Source: Octopus sinensis
Lineage: Eukaryota
Direction of reading: 5' to 3'
Length of the DNA: 8,857 bases
Assembly (NCBI RefSeq): GCF_006345805.1
Contig: NW_021828263.1
Span: 1 to 8,857 of the forward strand
A program made the translations under genes and the position numbers. The notes beneath the pieces were generated by a model, which worked only from the letters and a program-made list of their open reading frames with translations, was not told where the DNA came from and searched no databases. Below are positions 7,593 through 8,857 of the stretch, in pieces. How positions within the stretch are numbered: position 1 is the stretch's first letter; each line of letters starts with the position of its first letter.

Positions 7593-7641
7593 TATGCATG
7601 CATGTTTGTATGTGTATCTGTATGTATGTATGTATGTATGA

Positions 7642-7674
<33 letters not shown>

Positions 7675-7720
7675 TGTATGTATGTATGTATGTATGTATG
7701 TATGTATGTATGTATGTATG
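7593..7720. repeat. (TATG)n microsatellite
   Basis: Direct reading. Confidence 0.95.
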
Positions 7721-7852
7721 CACGAATGAATGACAGTTACTGTGAGAAGTACGAAGACCGCTCACTGTCTTTTTCGTCCAAGTCAACAATTTTCATTCCA
7801 TCACGATATAGGAATATGGCGGCCGTAGCTCTTTTAGAGTATGGCAAGTAAT

Positions 7853-7945
7853 AATGACGACGATGATGATGATGACAGAGATGTTCATTATGATGATGAT
7901 GATGATGATAATGACAATGGGGAGGACGACGACGACAACGACGAC
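7853..7945. repeat. (GAT)/(GAC) trinucleotide tract
   Basis: Direct reading. Confidence 0.85.
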
Positions 7946-7946
7946 A

Positions 7947-8131
7947 GTATTTCGTCTGCCGTTACGTTGTGAGTTCAAATTCCGCTGAGGTCGACTTTGC
8001 CTTTCATCCTTTCGGGGTCGATAAATTAAGTACCAGTTACGCACTGGGGTCGATGAATCGACTTAATCCCTTTGTCTGTCCTTGTTTGTCCTCTCTATGT
8101 TTAGCCCCTTGTGGGTAATAAAGAAATAGGT
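7947..8131 (+). mobile_element. 5'-truncated SINE family 1 copy
   Basis: 6 substitutions and 2 single-base indels versus 1798-1983 over about 186 nt (manual alignment); B box GTTCAAATTCC, core and tail intact. Confidence 0.92.
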
Positions 8132-8136
8132 ATATA

Positions 8137-8348
8137 ATAATTATTTCGGCTATAGGATGAAGGCCAGATTTGGGGAGGGGGAGCTTGTCGCTTACATCGA
8201 CAGCATTACTGAACTGTTACTTATTTTACTGAACCCGAAAGGGATGAAAGGGAACCTCGACCTCGACGAAATTTGAACTCAGAACGTAAATCGAAGAAAT
8301 GTCGCTAAGCATTTTGTAAGGCATACCAACGATTCTGTTCGTCGTCTT
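8137..8348 (-). mobile_element. Older full-length SINE related to family 1, with a different 3' tail
   Basis: Minus strand: AAGACGACGAACAGAATCGTT...AAATGCTTAGCG...GAGTTCAAATTTCGTCGAGGTCGA...CCTTTCATCCCTTTCGGG...AAAATAAGTAACAG...GTCGATGTAAGCGAC, then an unrelated tail AAGCTCCCCCTCCCCAAATCTGGCC. Confidence 0.8.
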
Positions 8349-8443
8349 AGTTGTATATAATAACAACGTCACAAATTAAATAATTTAAGATCATAAAAGA
8401 AATAATGGTATCGTTTGTTATAAATTATCGAAGAGCTTTGTCA

Positions 8444-8496
8444 CTGATGAGGCTTACATAAGGTAGGCAGACCCTGTTTTAGTGGCTGCAGGGGTA
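8444..8496 (+). other. Possible decayed hammerhead-like fold
   Basis: CTGATGA 8444-8450; hairpin GCTTAC/GTAGGC 8452-8468; hairpin CCCTG 8472-8476 / CAGGG 8489-8493 followed by GTA. GAAA is not intact and stem I is not evident. Confidence 0.2.
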
Positions 8497-8655
8497 ATAT
8501 CTATTCTGTCTTCAGTGCTATTGAATCACGGTTTTTCCCTCAATGTCCGTTTGTCACCAGTGCATAAATTGGCGAAGAGGGCGATAGGGCAGTGAATAGT
8601 AGACTATTAGCGATGATTAATATGGCAGATACCAATTAATTTTCTTAGAGTCCTT

Positions 8656-8715
8656 GTATGTATGCATTTAATTATGTATGTATGTATGTATGTACATACA
8701 TATACACACACATAT
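8656..8715. repeat. Short (TATG)/(CA) microsatellite
   Basis: Direct reading. Confidence 0.75.
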
Positions 8716-8857
8716 GACACCCCTTGCCATCTTCGCTTCATGTAACCTCTTCTCTTCACACAGTTGTTTCCCTTTTAATTCACTCCTCTAGCAACCTCTT
8801 TTTCTTCCGGTCATTTCAGCATGCGGCGACCGTCTAATTTAGACACGTTTTCTTCTT

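Noticed and set aside
339-8044. Supplied ORFs as protein-coding genes
   Set aside because: Nearly all translate microsatellites (YI, HT, YLSI, poly-V/S/T) or SINE sequence; the near-identical ORFs 1689-1895 and 7793-8044 are antisense SINE translations.

Overview
Eukaryotic, AT-rich, microsatellite-dense non-coding DNA (intron or intergenic). The repeat repertoire resembles that of an octopus-type cephalopod (inference from remembered repeat families; no search was run). No intact host gene is supported, and the supplied ORFs are mostly translations of simple repeats. The window is a mosaic of mobile-element relics: a 216-bp mariner deletion derivative; several tRNA-derived SINEs of two families; two 5'-truncated Tx1/L1-like LINE ends embedded in (GATA)n arrays, one carrying a disrupted ORF2 C-terminus and a perfect 25-bp fold-back at its 5' junction; and Penelope-like relics with degenerate minimal hammerhead ribozyme motifs. 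The best leads are a candidate (GATA)n-targeting LINE, the sharing of its 3' end with a SINE in the same window, and variant-core hammerheads.
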